A DNA stretch of 36,391 nt, from IMG/VR virus record IMGVR_UViG_3300037434_000013, positions 1 through 36,391 of that record, one strand, 5' to 3'. How positions within the stretch are numbered: the first letter of the stretch is position 1; each line of letters opens with the position of its first letter. Under the pieces are notes generated by a model. The model made no database searches and was not told the DNA's origin. It worked only from the letters and a program-made list of their open reading frames with translations. The position numbers and the translations under genes were made by a program. This DNA is from a virus (taxonomy: Duplodnaviria; Caudoviricetes). Positions 6,778 through 17,200 of the stretch are shown here, one piece after another.

Positions 6778-8507
6778 TATACGAGAAAAGTAAAGCTAAG
6801 AGCATTACAGCAGATAGAGCGAAGATTCGCAGGATCGTGAACGACACGATCAGTGAGATGGCTCAAGTTGTAGGAGCTACTCTAGGACCGGGCGGACGCC
6901 CAGTCATCTTAGAGCGCGACGGCTTGTCTCCTCTTGTAACAAAGGACGGAGTTACCGTTGCTAAGAGTTTAGGAGTTGCAAATGCAGAAGCTAACCTCAT
7001 TATCGAGTCTGCAAAGGAAATTTGCCTCCGTACCGCTAAACAGGCAGGAGACGGTACAACTACAGCTATTGTCCTTGCTAGCGCTATTACGCATCAAGGT
7101 TTAGAGTTCTTAGAAAAGAATCCCAAATACAATCCTCAGCGTATGGTTAATGAACTCAATAGCTTATACGAAAACACTATCGTGCCGTTCTTGAAGCAGC
7201 ACGCGAAACCAGTAAAGGAACGTCATGAACTTATCAATGTTGCTACTATTAGCGCTAATGGAGATGCGGCTATCGCCGTTGCAGCCGTTGACGCAGTTAT
7301 TGCTGCAGGTGAAGATGGTCAAGTACTCATTGAGGAAGCAGATGACTCAGGAATCAGAGTCGAAACGATCGATGGTTGTATAGTAACTAGCGGTCTTAAA
7401 GATATCGGTTCTATTGGTTTAGCTTTCATCAACGATCGTGCTGGTCAGCAAGCTAAGCTTGATAACGGTCTTGTGTTCCTATACGACGGAACGATGAACG
7501 ATCTTAAGGTTCCAGCTGCTATCCAACAAGCTGTTGGAGCAGAAGATTCACCCATGTATGGAAGACCTATCCTTGTGTTTGCGCATGGATTCTCTGACGT
7601 AGTTTTAGACAAGATGGCTAAATCAACTAAGGGTGGTTATTCTATTATTCCAGTTAAGACTCCACTTGGAGGCGTTGCCAACTCTCGCTCTATGTTCTTG
7701 TATGACATGGCTGCATATACGGATGCCGACGTTGTTGATGTTGCTAACTTAGAGTTCTATGCAGCAGAAGATACACTAGACGAAGCATTTGGTTCTTTCA
7801 TTAATGCTAAGATTAATATGTACGAGACGTTCGTTACATCAGAACAGAATCATGAGAAGATTGAAGCTCGTATCGCTGAACTAAAAGCTATTGCGGAAGT
7901 TGCTCCAGATGAGCGTCAAAAGATGTTCGCTAAAGCCGCTATCAGTAAATTGACCGGTGGCGTTTCTACTATCTGGGTAGGTGGCGGATCTGAATTAGAA
8001 GCCAGAGAGAAAAAAGCGCGTGTTGAAGATGCAGTTGAAGCGGTACGTTCTGCTATCGCCGAAGGTATTATTCCTGGCGGTTGTGGAGTTCATTTAGTGC
8101 TTTCGGACATTATTGCTAAGACGGAAAATCGTCCCTTGTCTTGGGACATCATGATTCATGCTCTTAGAGCTCCATTTGAAGTTCTATTATCTAACTGCGG
8201 TGAAGATTTCACAGATGTGTGGAATGCTTTAGAGAGACACATTGTTGGTCAGAAGCAACCACCTCAGTATATCTTCGACGCCAATGCGCACAAGATTGTT
8301 AATCCTTATCAAGCAGGTATTATTGAACCTGCGAAGGTCTGTAGGGTGAGTTTAGGTAACGCTCTCTCTGTAGCATCACTGTTGATCACCTTAGGCGGAA
8401 TTGTTGTTACCCCACGTGACGGAGCTTTCGAGAACCAATTAGGTATCGCTCGCGACGCATTTAAAACTATGATGGACCCTAATACAGGTATCGTAGGACA
8501 GGAGTAA
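6774..8507 (+). CDS. groEL: Phage-encoded group I chaperonin (GroEL-like)
   Basis: TLGPGGR, TKDGVTVAK, AGDGTTTA, ATISANGD, REKKARVEDA, GIIEPAKV. Confidence 0.95.
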   Translation: MIYEKSKAKSITADRAKIRRIVNDTISEMAQVVGATLGPGGRPVILERDGLSPLVTKDGVTVAKSLGVANAEANLIIESAKEICLRTAKQAGDGTTTAIVLASAITHQGLEFLEKNPKYNPQRMVNELNSLYENTIVPFLKQHAKPVKERHELINVATISANGDAAIAVAAVDAVIAAGEDGQVLIEEADDSGIRVETIDGCIVTSGLKDIGSIGLAFINDRAGQQAKLDNGLVFLYDGTMNDLKVPAAIQQAVGAEDSPMYGRPILVFAHGFSDVVLDKMAKSTKGGYSIIPVKTPLGGVANSRSMFLYDMAAYTDADVVDVANLEFYAAEDTLDEAFGSFINAKINMYETFVTSEQNHEKIEARIAELKAIAEVAPDERQKMFAKAAISKLTGGVSTIWVGGGSELEAREKKARVEDAVEAVRSAIAEGIIPGGCGVHLVLSDIIAKTENRPLSWDIMIHALRAPFEVLLSNCGEDFTDVWNALERHIVGQKQPPQYIFDANAHKIVNPYQAGIIEPAKVCRVSLGNALSVASLLITLGGIVVTPRDGAFENQLGIARDAFKTMMDPNTGIVGQE

Positions 8508-8508
8508 T

Positions 8509-8967
8509 ATGACCACTAAACAGATAGTAATTATAGCATTAATCGCCCTTGTAGGTGCTTTTGCTGTAGGTAGATACAGTGCTCCAGAGAAAGTTGTAAC
8601 TAAAACTGTTGAAGTCGAAAAGAAGACTGAGGATAAGCAAGTTGATTCTCAAGACAACAAGGTTACTACTATCACTGAAACAGACAAACCTGATGGAACA
8701 AAAGTAAAGACGACTGTTATAGCAGATAAGAAAGATGTTCAAGTCGATGATAAAAAGACTGATGACATTACAAAGACTGAGACTAAGGAAATTGATAGAG
8801 GTTCTAGTAAGGTCACTATATCCCTACTTGCTGGTGAAAACGTAACAAGTCCCGGTATACCTACATATGGACTCTCTATAACCAAACCAATTCTAGGTCC
8901 TTTAACTGTTGGCGTATTCGGCTTTCAAAATGGCCTTATAGGCGCAAGCATAGGTTTGACATTCTAA
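8509..8967 (+). CDS. Membrane-anchored or exported protein with C-terminal amphipathic beta-strands
   Basis: Hydrophobic N-terminus (IVIIALIALVGAFAVG), charged K/T/D-rich middle, ends GASIGLTF. Confidence 0.7.
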   Translation: MTTKQIVIIALIALVGAFAVGRYSAPEKVVTKTVEVEKKTEDKQVDSQDNKVTTITETDKPDGTKVKTTVIADKKDVQVDDKKTDDITKTETKEIDRGSSKVTISLLAGENVTSPGIPTYGLSITKPILGPLTVGVFGFQNGLIGASIGLTF

Positions 8968-8968
8968 T

Positions 8969-9313
8969 ATGCCTAAGTTTCGTTTCTTATGTGAAACCTG
9001 CGGGGAAGAGACTACTCAGTATGCTTCTCCAAAACTCGAGCAGATAACCTGCAAGTGTAGCGGTGTCGCTAAGAAGCAATTCCCAGGCGCTGGATCTCAA
9101 GTAACTCGTGAAGTCATAGATCCTTTTACTAATGTTAGAACAGACCCGGACGAAAAGCAGAATAATCAGGCTCGCAAGACTGAATACTTCTGGGAAGTCG
9201 AAGTCCCTAGACTGATCCAGCATTACTCGCTACAGACATGCCTGGAAGAGGGATGGCTCGTGTATAACGATAAGCAGGAGCTTGTCATTGGAAAACCGCC
9301 AAGTAAAAGATAA
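8969..9313 (+). CDS. FmdB-like zinc-ribbon protein
   Basis: The N-terminal pattern MPKFRFLCETCG...CKCSG. Confidence 0.65.
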   Translation: MPKFRFLCETCGEETTQYASPKLEQITCKCSGVAKKQFPGAGSQVTREVIDPFTNVRTDPDEKQNNQARKTEYFWEVEVPRLIQHYSLQTCLEEGWLVYNDKQELVIGKPPSKR

Positions 9314-9504
9314 TGAATGAAGAGATAGAGCACGACATATCCACTTGGTCTTATCACAAGCGGGAAGTAGTTGCAAGATTTATCATGTCTTTTATGTGGA
9401 AGATTAAGATTAAACCCTTTAAGGAGTTTTCTTATACACGAAGTCCAGATGGAACAGGCGAACATCCAATATCGCACATTAGTTATATTAAGAAGCAACG
9501 ATGA
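9313..9504 (+). CDS. Hypothetical protein
   Basis: 63-aa ORF with a TAATG overlap. Confidence 0.55.
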   Translation: MNEEIEHDISTWSYHKREVVARFIMSFMWKIKIKPFKEFSYTRSPDGTGEHPISHISYIKKQR

Positions 9505-9680
9505 ACTACCAACCACTTTATCTATTTGCAGAACAAAATCATCAAAAGGTCAATAGTGCCTTTATGTTGTTCTATCTATTAATACAGTTAGAGCTAACTA
9601 AAGAGTTCGTAGACGTAGTTATTAATAAGAACGATCTCTTTGATGGAGAAGATCTAATGCTGATTAGGACGCCTAAATGA
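9501..9680 (+). CDS. Hypothetical protein (59 aa, not in the ORF track)
   Basis: MNYQPLYLFAEQ...IRTPK; ATGA overlaps at both ends fill the gap exactly. Confidence 0.6.
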   Translation: MNYQPLYLFAEQNHQKVNSAFMLFYLLIQLELTKEFVDVVINKNDLFDGEDLMLIRTPK

Positions 9681-11422
9681 AGATACTATCGGTTAAAATT
9701 AATAATATTCTAAGCATTGAAGACGCATTTGTAGAGTTTCAAGATACAGGTCTCATGTTAGTGCAGGGGTGGAATCATGATGTCGGAAGAGCAAATGGTG
9801 CAGGCAAGACAGCAATATTTAACGCAATCACATTCGCTCTATTTGATAAGCTTCCTAGAAAAATTACTGCAACGGAAATTGTTCGAAGGGGATCTAAAGG
9901 TGGCTCAGTACAGGTCGTACTGCAAGTGGGCAGCGATCGATTCATGGTTAAGCGATCGAGGCCTAAGGGCGTTACCTTCTCACGACAGGTGGCTGATGGC
10001 ACTTTTGAACCTCTAACTGTAACTCAAGAAGGTTGGGAAGCCACATTACGATTAAACTACAATCAGTTCATTATGTCCATGTATACTGCTCAAGGTGGAA
10101 CATCTAGATTTCTATCTAGCAACGACTCTGAGAAGAAGACCTTTCTACTTCAACTCCTAAACTTAGAGGAGTTCTCTTTGTGTAAGAGTGCTGCAGACGC
10201 AAAGGTGAAAGCTTTAGATGAACAATTAGGTGCCGTAAAGACTGCTTTAAGTTCTATAGAATCTAAGGTATCCGCATACAGCGAATCATTAGTAAATGAA
10301 GAGATGGTAAGAGACGAGATCACTGAGGCTGAGCAGGTTGTTGCAAATCTATCTGCAGAGCTAGCTATTGCTCAATCCGTACAGAGACCTGATCTTAGTA
10401 AGTATCAGAAGCTTGAAGACGATATAGCGGCAAAGAAGACTGAATTTACTAAGGCAAGAACTCAAAGGGAGATGCTTCATGAACTATATAGAAAAACTCA
10501 ATCAAGAATTAAACCATTTAACGGAAGCGACAAATGCGATGCGTGTGGAAATGAACTTGATAACTCTGCTGCAGAAGCTGCGCATCGTGCTACGACCGAT
10601 GCCCTACGGAAAGAACTTTTAGTTACAAAGACCGCCATAGATATGTGTGACGCCGCTCTTTTAAACGCATCCTCTGTTAATGATCTATCTATAAGATTAG
10701 CAGAGAAGAAGCGCGACGAGTCTAGAGATTATGAAGCTGCTAACAATCGTTCATCTTCTATTCAATACCAGATCAACAGCAAGCAGAAAGACATCAAACA
10801 ACTCACTTTAAAACTACAAAATAACTTAGAATTAACTAAGAAGATTAATAGCTTAGAACAAAGTCGGACTGAGGCCCTAGCAACTAAGGATAGTATATCT
10901 CGCAGCATAGAGCTTTACAAAACAGTTTCGACCATGTATTCACCTACTGGGGCCCAGGCGTATATACTTGATTCTGTTATAGAATCCTTTAACGAGAAGG
11001 TTCAATTCTATGTAGATGAACAGTGGAGTAACCTTACCTACAAGCTCAAATCCTACAAGGAGAACGTTCGCGGGGACACTACCGCCAAGTTCTCTGAGCA
11101 CCTTGTTATGGACGGTAAGGACATCTCTATAGGCAGTCTTTCTGGTGGAGAATTTAGGGCTTTGTCTCTATGTGTAGATTTTGCCCTCATAGATGTCATG
11201 GAACGCCAATTCGGTATATCGATGTCCCCGATCATCCTAGACGAGTCTTTCCATGATCTAGATGAAACGGGCCGAGAAGTTATCGTTGAGCTCCTAGAGA
11301 CAATCTCTCGCAATAGACAGGTAGTGGTAATAGATCATTCTAGCGAAGTTAAGGCTCATTTCTCTAATGTGTTGAATATTGAGAAGCGTAATGGAGTCTC
11401 TACGGTTAATCTCCAGAGCTGA
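9677..11422 (+). CDS. SbcC/Rad50/gp46-like SMC ATPase
   Basis: Walker A NGAGKT, coiled coil with CDAC zinc hook, signature LSGGE, Walker B ILDE, IDH. Confidence 0.93.
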   Translation: MKILSVKINNILSIEDAFVEFQDTGLMLVQGWNHDVGRANGAGKTAIFNAITFALFDKLPRKITATEIVRRGSKGGSVQVVLQVGSDRFMVKRSRPKGVTFSRQVADGTFEPLTVTQEGWEATLRLNYNQFIMSMYTAQGGTSRFLSSNDSEKKTFLLQLLNLEEFSLCKSAADAKVKALDEQLGAVKTALSSIESKVSAYSESLVNEEMVRDEITEAEQVVANLSAELAIAQSVQRPDLSKYQKLEDDIAAKKTEFTKARTQREMLHELYRKTQSRIKPFNGSDKCDACGNELDNSAAEAAHRATTDALRKELLVTKTAIDMCDAALLNASSVNDLSIRLAEKKRDESRDYEAANNRSSSIQYQINSKQKDIKQLTLKLQNNLELTKKINSLEQSRTEALATKDSISRSIELYKTVSTMYSPTGAQAYILDSVIESFNEKVQFYVDEQWSNLTYKLKSYKENVRGDTTAKFSEHLVMDGKDISIGSLSGGEFRALSLCVDFALIDVMERQFGISMSPIILDESFHDLDETGREVIVELLETISRNRQVVVIDHSSEVKAHFSNVLNIEKRNGVSTVNLQS

Positions 11423-11428
11423 TATAAT
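11420..11428 (+). promoter_or_regulatory. Extended -10 promoter (TGaTATAAT) in leaderless geometry
   Basis: 6 nt before ATG 11435. Confidence 0.65.
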
Positions 11429-11434
11429 AAGGTT

Positions 11435-11980
11435 ATGCAAGACCTTCTCGATAAGTTAGAAGAACTCAAAAAGGCCCTACTGTCGACCAAGGCTGATGCT
11501 AAAAGCTCCCTAGTTCCTGCAGTCAAAACACCTACACTAAAGCCTATCTCTATGTCCTCTAAGGCAGCGGCTCCAAAGCCAGTTAAGATGCCAGGTGTAT
11601 CGCCCTCATCTAATAAGGATCCAGCTAAGGTTGCTCAACAACTCAAGAATCCTAAGCCAATGAAACCAAAGATCGAAGTTATGAAGACAGATAAGAATGG
11701 TCAGTGGAGTCTTGAAGAAGTTGAGAAAGCTGTTCATGAGCCGCATACACCTGAACAAACACGTGAAGGTGATGCATCTAGCGTAAAACCTAAAAAGTAT
11801 CAAGGTGGCGATCCTAGACATGCTAACGACGTTATGGGTAGTAATCATTATAGAGGATCGGGTCCGCAGACAAAATCCGGTCAATTGAGACCTCAAGTTT
11901 CTGCTAATCCAAGTCCAAAACTCGCCGGTGTAACGTCTGGTCAATCTATTAAAAAAGACGGCGAAAACAACGCAGTATAA
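11435..11980 (+). CDS. Low-complexity K/P/S-rich protein, possible internal head protein
   Basis: 181-aa ORF carrying LKKA and VEKA motifs like the head-module proteins. Confidence 0.65.
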   Translation: MQDLLDKLEELKKALLSTKADAKSSLVPAVKTPTLKPISMSSKAAAPKPVKMPGVSPSSNKDPAKVAQQLKNPKPMKPKIEVMKTDKNGQWSLEEVEKAVHEPHTPEQTREGDASSVKPKKYQGGDPRHANDVMGSNHYRGSGPQTKSGQLRPQVSANPSPKLAGVTSGQSIKKDGENNAV

Positions 11981-12007
11981 GTTGGGTTAATGTTTAAGGG
12001 TGTGATC

Positions 12008-12016
12008 TGTTATAAT
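12008..12016 (+). promoter_or_regulatory. Extended -10 promoter (TGtTATAAT) in leaderless geometry
   Basis: 6 nt before ATG 12023. Confidence 0.65.
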
Positions 12017-12022
12017 CACTCT

Positions 12023-12481
12023 ATGACTACCAAAAAATGCACTTCATGTAAAGAAGAAAAACCAACTAGCGAATTCTATGTTCGCAAGGATAGAAATACT
12101 TTTGTTTCTGCTTGTAAAACTTGTACAATAAAAAACAATTTTACATACAGAGACAAAGAACATCAAAAGGCCTACAAGGCCGATTATCATAAGAATAACT
12201 TACCTAGAAAATTGCGTAATGACTTAAAGAAATACGGTTTGACGTTTGATCAGTATAATCAAATGTTAGATAGGCAGAATAAGTGTTGCGCAATGTGCAA
12301 GTTACCGCCTAGTGCAAATAAAAGATTATCTATAGATCACTGTCATAGTACGGGTAAAGTGCGCGGATTACTGTGCAGTAATTGTAATTTTATATTGGGA
12401 CTTGCTAAAGATTCCCCTGCTGTTTTAAAAAATGGTGCGTATTATTTGGAGAAATATGAAAACTACATTGAAGAAACCTAA
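12023..12481 (+). CDS. Endonuclease VII-family (His-Me finger) nuclease, probable free-standing homing endonuclease
   Basis: CAMC...LSIDHCHSTGKVRGLLCSNCN plus an N-terminal CxxC...CxxC; start moved from 11990 to 12023. Confidence 0.88.
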   Translation: MTTKKCTSCKEEKPTSEFYVRKDRNTFVSACKTCTIKNNFTYRDKEHQKAYKADYHKNNLPRKLRNDLKKYGLTFDQYNQMLDRQNKCCAMCKLPPSANKRLSIDHCHSTGKVRGLLCSNCNFILGLAKDSPAVLKNGAYYLEKYENYIEET

Positions 12482-13019
12482 ATACAATCAAAATTCTGCT
12501 ATTAGGGGAGCTTTAAGAAGAACCTTCTCTCGAAGTCCTATCGTTAAAGAAGTCATGATGAAGTCAAGGAGAGAAGTTGCAAAATACAACAAAGATGGAT
12601 CTAGATCTAAAAAAGATGCTGTTCAATATCTCTGTGGCACTTGTAGCCAATGGTCTAACAGTACCTCAAGTGCAGTCGACCACATCTCTCCTGTTGTTGC
12701 TGTGGAAGATGGATTTGTTGACTGGAATAACTTTATCGCTAGGCTCTTCTGCGGGCCCGATAACCTCCAAGTCATTTGTGATACGTGCCACAACGAAAAG
12801 ACAAGTTCTGAAAGAATAGCTCGTCTAACAATACAATACACAGAAGAACTTTATGGCTTTGAGATGGCAGTAATGCAAGGCATTATTCCCGCTGACTGGA
12901 AAAAAATTCTTGGAAAGTATATCGCTAAAAAGAAGACCAAGGGTTTGGAACAGATAGTAGAAAGAGCTAGAGCAATTAAATCTCATATTGAAGGAAGTTT
13001 AAAAAATGGCAAGTATTGA
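12456..13019 (+). CDS. HNH endonuclease
   Basis: CGTC...VDHISPV...NLQVICDTCHNEKT; SD GGAG before ATG 12456. Confidence 0.85.
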   Translation: MKTTLKKPKYNQNSAIRGALRRTFSRSPIVKEVMMKSRREVAKYNKDGSRSKKDAVQYLCGTCSQWSNSTSSAVDHISPVVAVEDGFVDWNNFIARLFCGPDNLQVICDTCHNEKTSSERIARLTIQYTEELYGFEMAVMQGIIPADWKKILGKYIAKKKTKGLEQIVERARAIKSHIEGSLKNGKY

Positions 13020-13305
13020 ATCGGCAAAAAAAGTTCTTAGTAAGTCTTTCGTAGAGAACCATGAAAATGTAAATGAAGACGTAGCAGCAGACCTTATTGT
13101 TAAGGCTGAGATCAAGATCAAGGACCTTAGAGAAGACCGTGCAGCTAACGAGAAGTTAGCTCAGGCTAAGCAGATCGTAAAAGACTTAAATGCTGGATAC
13201 TCTAGCTCAATTAAGTATGAACAAGCTAAAATTAGCTTCCTATTAGAGAAGCTTGAGGAGATCCAGAGTGGGGACGTAAATCCCAGCTCAGGCGCTAACT
13301 CCTGA
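13006..13305 (+). CDS. Hypothetical coiled-coil protein
   Basis: 99-aa helical ORF with SD GAAGGA. Confidence 0.75.
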   Translation: MASIESAKKVLSKSFVENHENVNEDVAADLIVKAEIKIKDLREDRAANEKLAQAKQIVKDLNAGYSSSIKYEQAKISFLLEKLEEIQSGDVNPSSGANS

Positions 13306-13338
13306 TAGAATGGGTCAACCTAGTCTTAAGGAGACCCT

Positions 13339-14181
13339 ATGAGTTTAAGAGATTCCTATTTTAATGGCCCGAGTGGTCTTTCCCAACAAATGGATGCAGC
13401 TTTTGCTGCCGGAGTTGCCTTCGTAGGCGCTGGTACAGCCGATCAATCTACCCTAGCATTAGGTGATAGAAACGGTTTGAACCTCAGCACTGGCGTTGGT
13501 GTAGCCGGTAAATACTTTAGCTATGCAACCCCAAGCGTGAACTACATTATGTACTTCATCGTTAACGGAGAGATTGCTCCTCCAGTATCCGGAACTATGG
13601 TTCCAATTACTATCTTAAGCGGCGACGGCACACTTCAAGTGGCTGCTAAAGTTGCTTTAGCAATGAGTTCTATCTCAGGATCTCCTATCTCTGCTTCTTC
13701 AACTGCTGACATCGTTGACATGAACAACAACATAGTTGGACCAGTTATCCTCCCAGTATCTGCTGGAACTTTAGGTGGTACTTCCGCTGTAAATCAAGTT
13801 CAAGCGGGTGTTGCTCCAACTGGTAACTATGCTACCCTTCAAGGTGCATTATCAGCTGCAGCTGCTGCAGGACAATTACAGTTTAACTTCTTAGTTCAAG
13901 GAACTGGAACTGCTAACTCTGTATATCTACGTGGACGCAATGGTGATAATCTCTACTTAAGAAGCTTCTTCGCTGGTATCCTTCAAGCAATGGCCAATCA
14001 ACAGATCTATGACTATCAATGTGGATTAGAACTTGACATCAGTACTATCCAAGGTACTAACGTAATCTTTCACTTTAACTTCGGTTCACAACATCATAAT
14101 AAGCCTCACGTTCGTTTAGAGCCACTTAACGGTGCATGCTCTCCTTGCAATACTCAACAAAGCTTTAGTCGCTTTTACTAA
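13339..14181 (+). CDS. Hypothetical protein, probably virion structural
   Basis: 280 aa, G/A/S/V/T-rich; SD AAGGAG, own promoter TGaTAGAAT (13303-13311) and a downstream terminator. Confidence 0.65.
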   Translation: MSLRDSYFNGPSGLSQQMDAAFAAGVAFVGAGTADQSTLALGDRNGLNLSTGVGVAGKYFSYATPSVNYIMYFIVNGEIAPPVSGTMVPITILSGDGTLQVAAKVALAMSSISGSPISASSTADIVDMNNNIVGPVILPVSAGTLGGTSAVNQVQAGVAPTGNYATLQGALSAAAAAGQLQFNFLVQGTGTANSVYLRGRNGDNLYLRSFFAGILQAMANQQIYDYQCGLELDISTIQGTNVIFHFNFGSQHHNKPHVRLEPLNGACSPCNTQQSFSRFY

Positions 14182-14208
14182 AATTCTACTCGACCCGCAT
14201 CATTGACG

Positions 14209-14246
14209 GAGAGGGCATAGGGTCAAACCTGTGCCTTTTCTTTTTT
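14209..14246 (+). terminator. Rho-independent terminator
   Basis: GAGAGGGCATAGG-GTCAAA-CCTGTGCCTTTTC stem followed by TTTTTT. Confidence 0.8.
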
Positions 14247-14259
14247 GTATAATCAGTGC

Positions 14260-17200
14260 ATGGCAAGATTTAAAGAACCAGCACAACTGCATAACCACTC
14301 AAAATATTCACTGTTAGATGCAGTCCCATCGCCCGAAGAGTGGGTTGGATGGTGTTTAGAGACAGGTACTCCAGCTCTGGCTGTAACCGATCACGGTACG
14401 GCTATCTCAATGTACGATGCATTGAAGACTAAAGATTTCATTAAGGCATACAATAAAGAGCATGGTACAGATCATGCTTTAGACGCTGTAACTCTAATAC
14501 CAGCAGTAGAGTTGTATGTAAAGCTCAATGCAGAAGATAAGAGTCACTTTCATATTACTGCATGGGCTGCAAGCACTGAAGGTTATCATAATCTCATGAA
14601 GCTTTCATCATTGGCTTACAATGATACGGTTTCATTCTACGGCTCTGTGAAGGCTCGCGTTACATTCGATCAGATTAAGGAACATAAGGCTGGAATTAAG
14701 TTCGGTACTGGATGTATTGCTGGTCCTATCGGTAAGGCGTTCTGGGATGGCAATAAGGCTAGAGCAGAAGAGCTATACTTGATGTATCAAGATATATTCG
14801 GAGATCAATTATATGTCGAGTTCCATTGTAACGATGTCACTCATAACTTTAATAAAACAACTGGGAGTTTTGACCCCATCCCAGGAGATGAATGTTCTTG
14901 CGATGGTAACAAACAAAAGCACTACAATATATTCTTGGCAGAAATGGTGGACAAACACGGTGGCAAATGTATTCCTGTTACTGACGCTCACTTTATTAAA
15001 CCTGAAGATAAGATCATCCAAGATTGCCTTCTTAAAAACGGTAACTCTAACGGATGGTACTTCTACGAGTCTTACCACCAACTTAGGGCGGAAGAAATGT
15101 TTTCAAAACTTAGAGGTCATCTTGGGGACTGGCTCACCGAAGAGAACTTCCATACATGGATCGAAAATACATACGAAGTTGCTGCTGCAGCTGCTGATAT
15201 TAAAGTTAAATTCGAATACCACCTCCCCAAGATCGCAATACCAGAGTCTATTACAGCTAAGACTTCTGACTATGATACTCAAACTTATTACTACATGATG
15301 CAGCTCATCAATGAGCACGGTCGTTGGAGCAATGATCCTATATATGAGGCTCGCTTCAGACAAGAGCTTGATGTCATCATGAAGAATGCAACCCTCAACT
15401 TTATCCCATACTTCCTACTGTATGAAGACATTGGTAGGTTCGCTAGATCTAAGGGAATCTTACAGAACATCGCCCGTGGTTCTGCTGGCGGATCACTTAT
15501 CTCTTTCTATCTAAAGATTACACATGTTGATCCTATCGCTGCTAACTTACCGTTTGAGCGCTTCTTATCTCATGCTCGTATTAGAGCTGGTTCATTCCCA
15601 GACATCGACGCCGACATTGGTGATCGTGCTAGGGCCCTAATTATTGATTACCTTCGCACGAAGTATGGTGTGGGCTTTGCTCAGATCTCTACATTCCAGA
15701 AGATGAAGACGAAGAATGCTATCAAAGATTCTATGTTTGCTTTATATGGGCGTAACAGGAATGACTTTGAAGTTAAGACCATCTGTGATTCTATTCCAGA
15801 CTCTGGACAAGAGGTCCATGACGAGTACGGATTCTTATATGGTTACACGGATCAAGAGGGTAACTATAATGCTGGTCAGGTAGAGGTTAATAAGAATCTT
15901 GCTAACTTCTTCGCTACATATCCTGATGTAGAGAAGATGGTTAAGAAGCTTATCGGTACGATCCGTGGCTGGTCTCGACACGCTTCTGCGTTCGTTATCT
16001 CTACACTAGATCTAGCAGCTGATCGTGTTCCTACAATGGTGATGAAGGATAAAGAGCTTGGCGATATCGTATGTACTCAGTATGATGCGGATATGGTCCA
16101 GACGTGTGGTTTAGTGAAGGCCGATATCTTGGGTATTAAAACCCTCACTGCTGTTTCTGACTGTGTAGCTCTCGTTAAAGAGCAGGTTGATTATCTTGAA
16201 GAAGTCAAAGGTATGCCTTATATCTATAGGTTGCCAGAGGATAAGGATATTTACACTGACTTCTATAACAAAGAAACAGATTCATCATTTCAGTTCAATA
16301 CAGACTTGATTAAGGGTATGATTCAAGAGTTTATGCCTGTCCGTCGTAAGGATCTAATGGACTTTACAGCCGTGGCTCGTCCAGGAGCGCTAGATGCACC
16401 TCTCTACAACACAACGGCAGCACAGTACTACATGGACATTAAGAATGGTGTGAGGAATCTAGAGTACTTGCACGACGATCTAGAGCCAATCCTAAAGGAT
16501 AGTTGCGGCGTCTTCGTGTACCAAGAAGAGGTTATGAGATTTCTAGTAGAAATCGCAGGTTACTCTTGGGAAGAATCAGACGCCATCCGAAGCGCGATTG
16601 CCAAAAAGAAAACAGATGTTATCATGGCTTGCTATGATCGTATCCGTAAGAGTTGTCGTAACCGTGGATGGGATGAAGATGCTATTGAGACAATTTGTCA
16701 ACAGATTCAAGCCTTCTCTCGATACTCATTCAACAAGTCGCACTCGTATGCTTATAGTGAGTTAGGTTATATCACCATGTACTTAAAGCACCATCATCCT
16801 TATGAATGGTGGGCTAGTATTCTTAATGTGTACAAAGATGATGAAGTTAAACTTAGAAGCTATATGTCTAAGTTGGGCGACATGGTTCGTCCACCTTCAC
16901 TTAAGTATCCAACAAACAAGTTCGAGGTTCGTGAGATTGAGGGTCAGAAGTACATTGTAACTCCACTCTCTGCTATTAAGGGTGTTGGTCCAGCGGTTGT
17001 TAAAGAGCTCTGTTTAAAAGGACCTTTCCCAACGCTAGCTGATTTCGTTGCACGTATTGATCATGCTAAGGTTAATTCTGGCGGTATCTCTTATCTCATT
17101 AAGGGACGTGGAGCAGATGACATGATGGATATGTCTATTGAAAGCTATCCAGAACGTCGTAAGGCATTCATTGAGACATATAAGCAGTTGAGAGGTAAAG

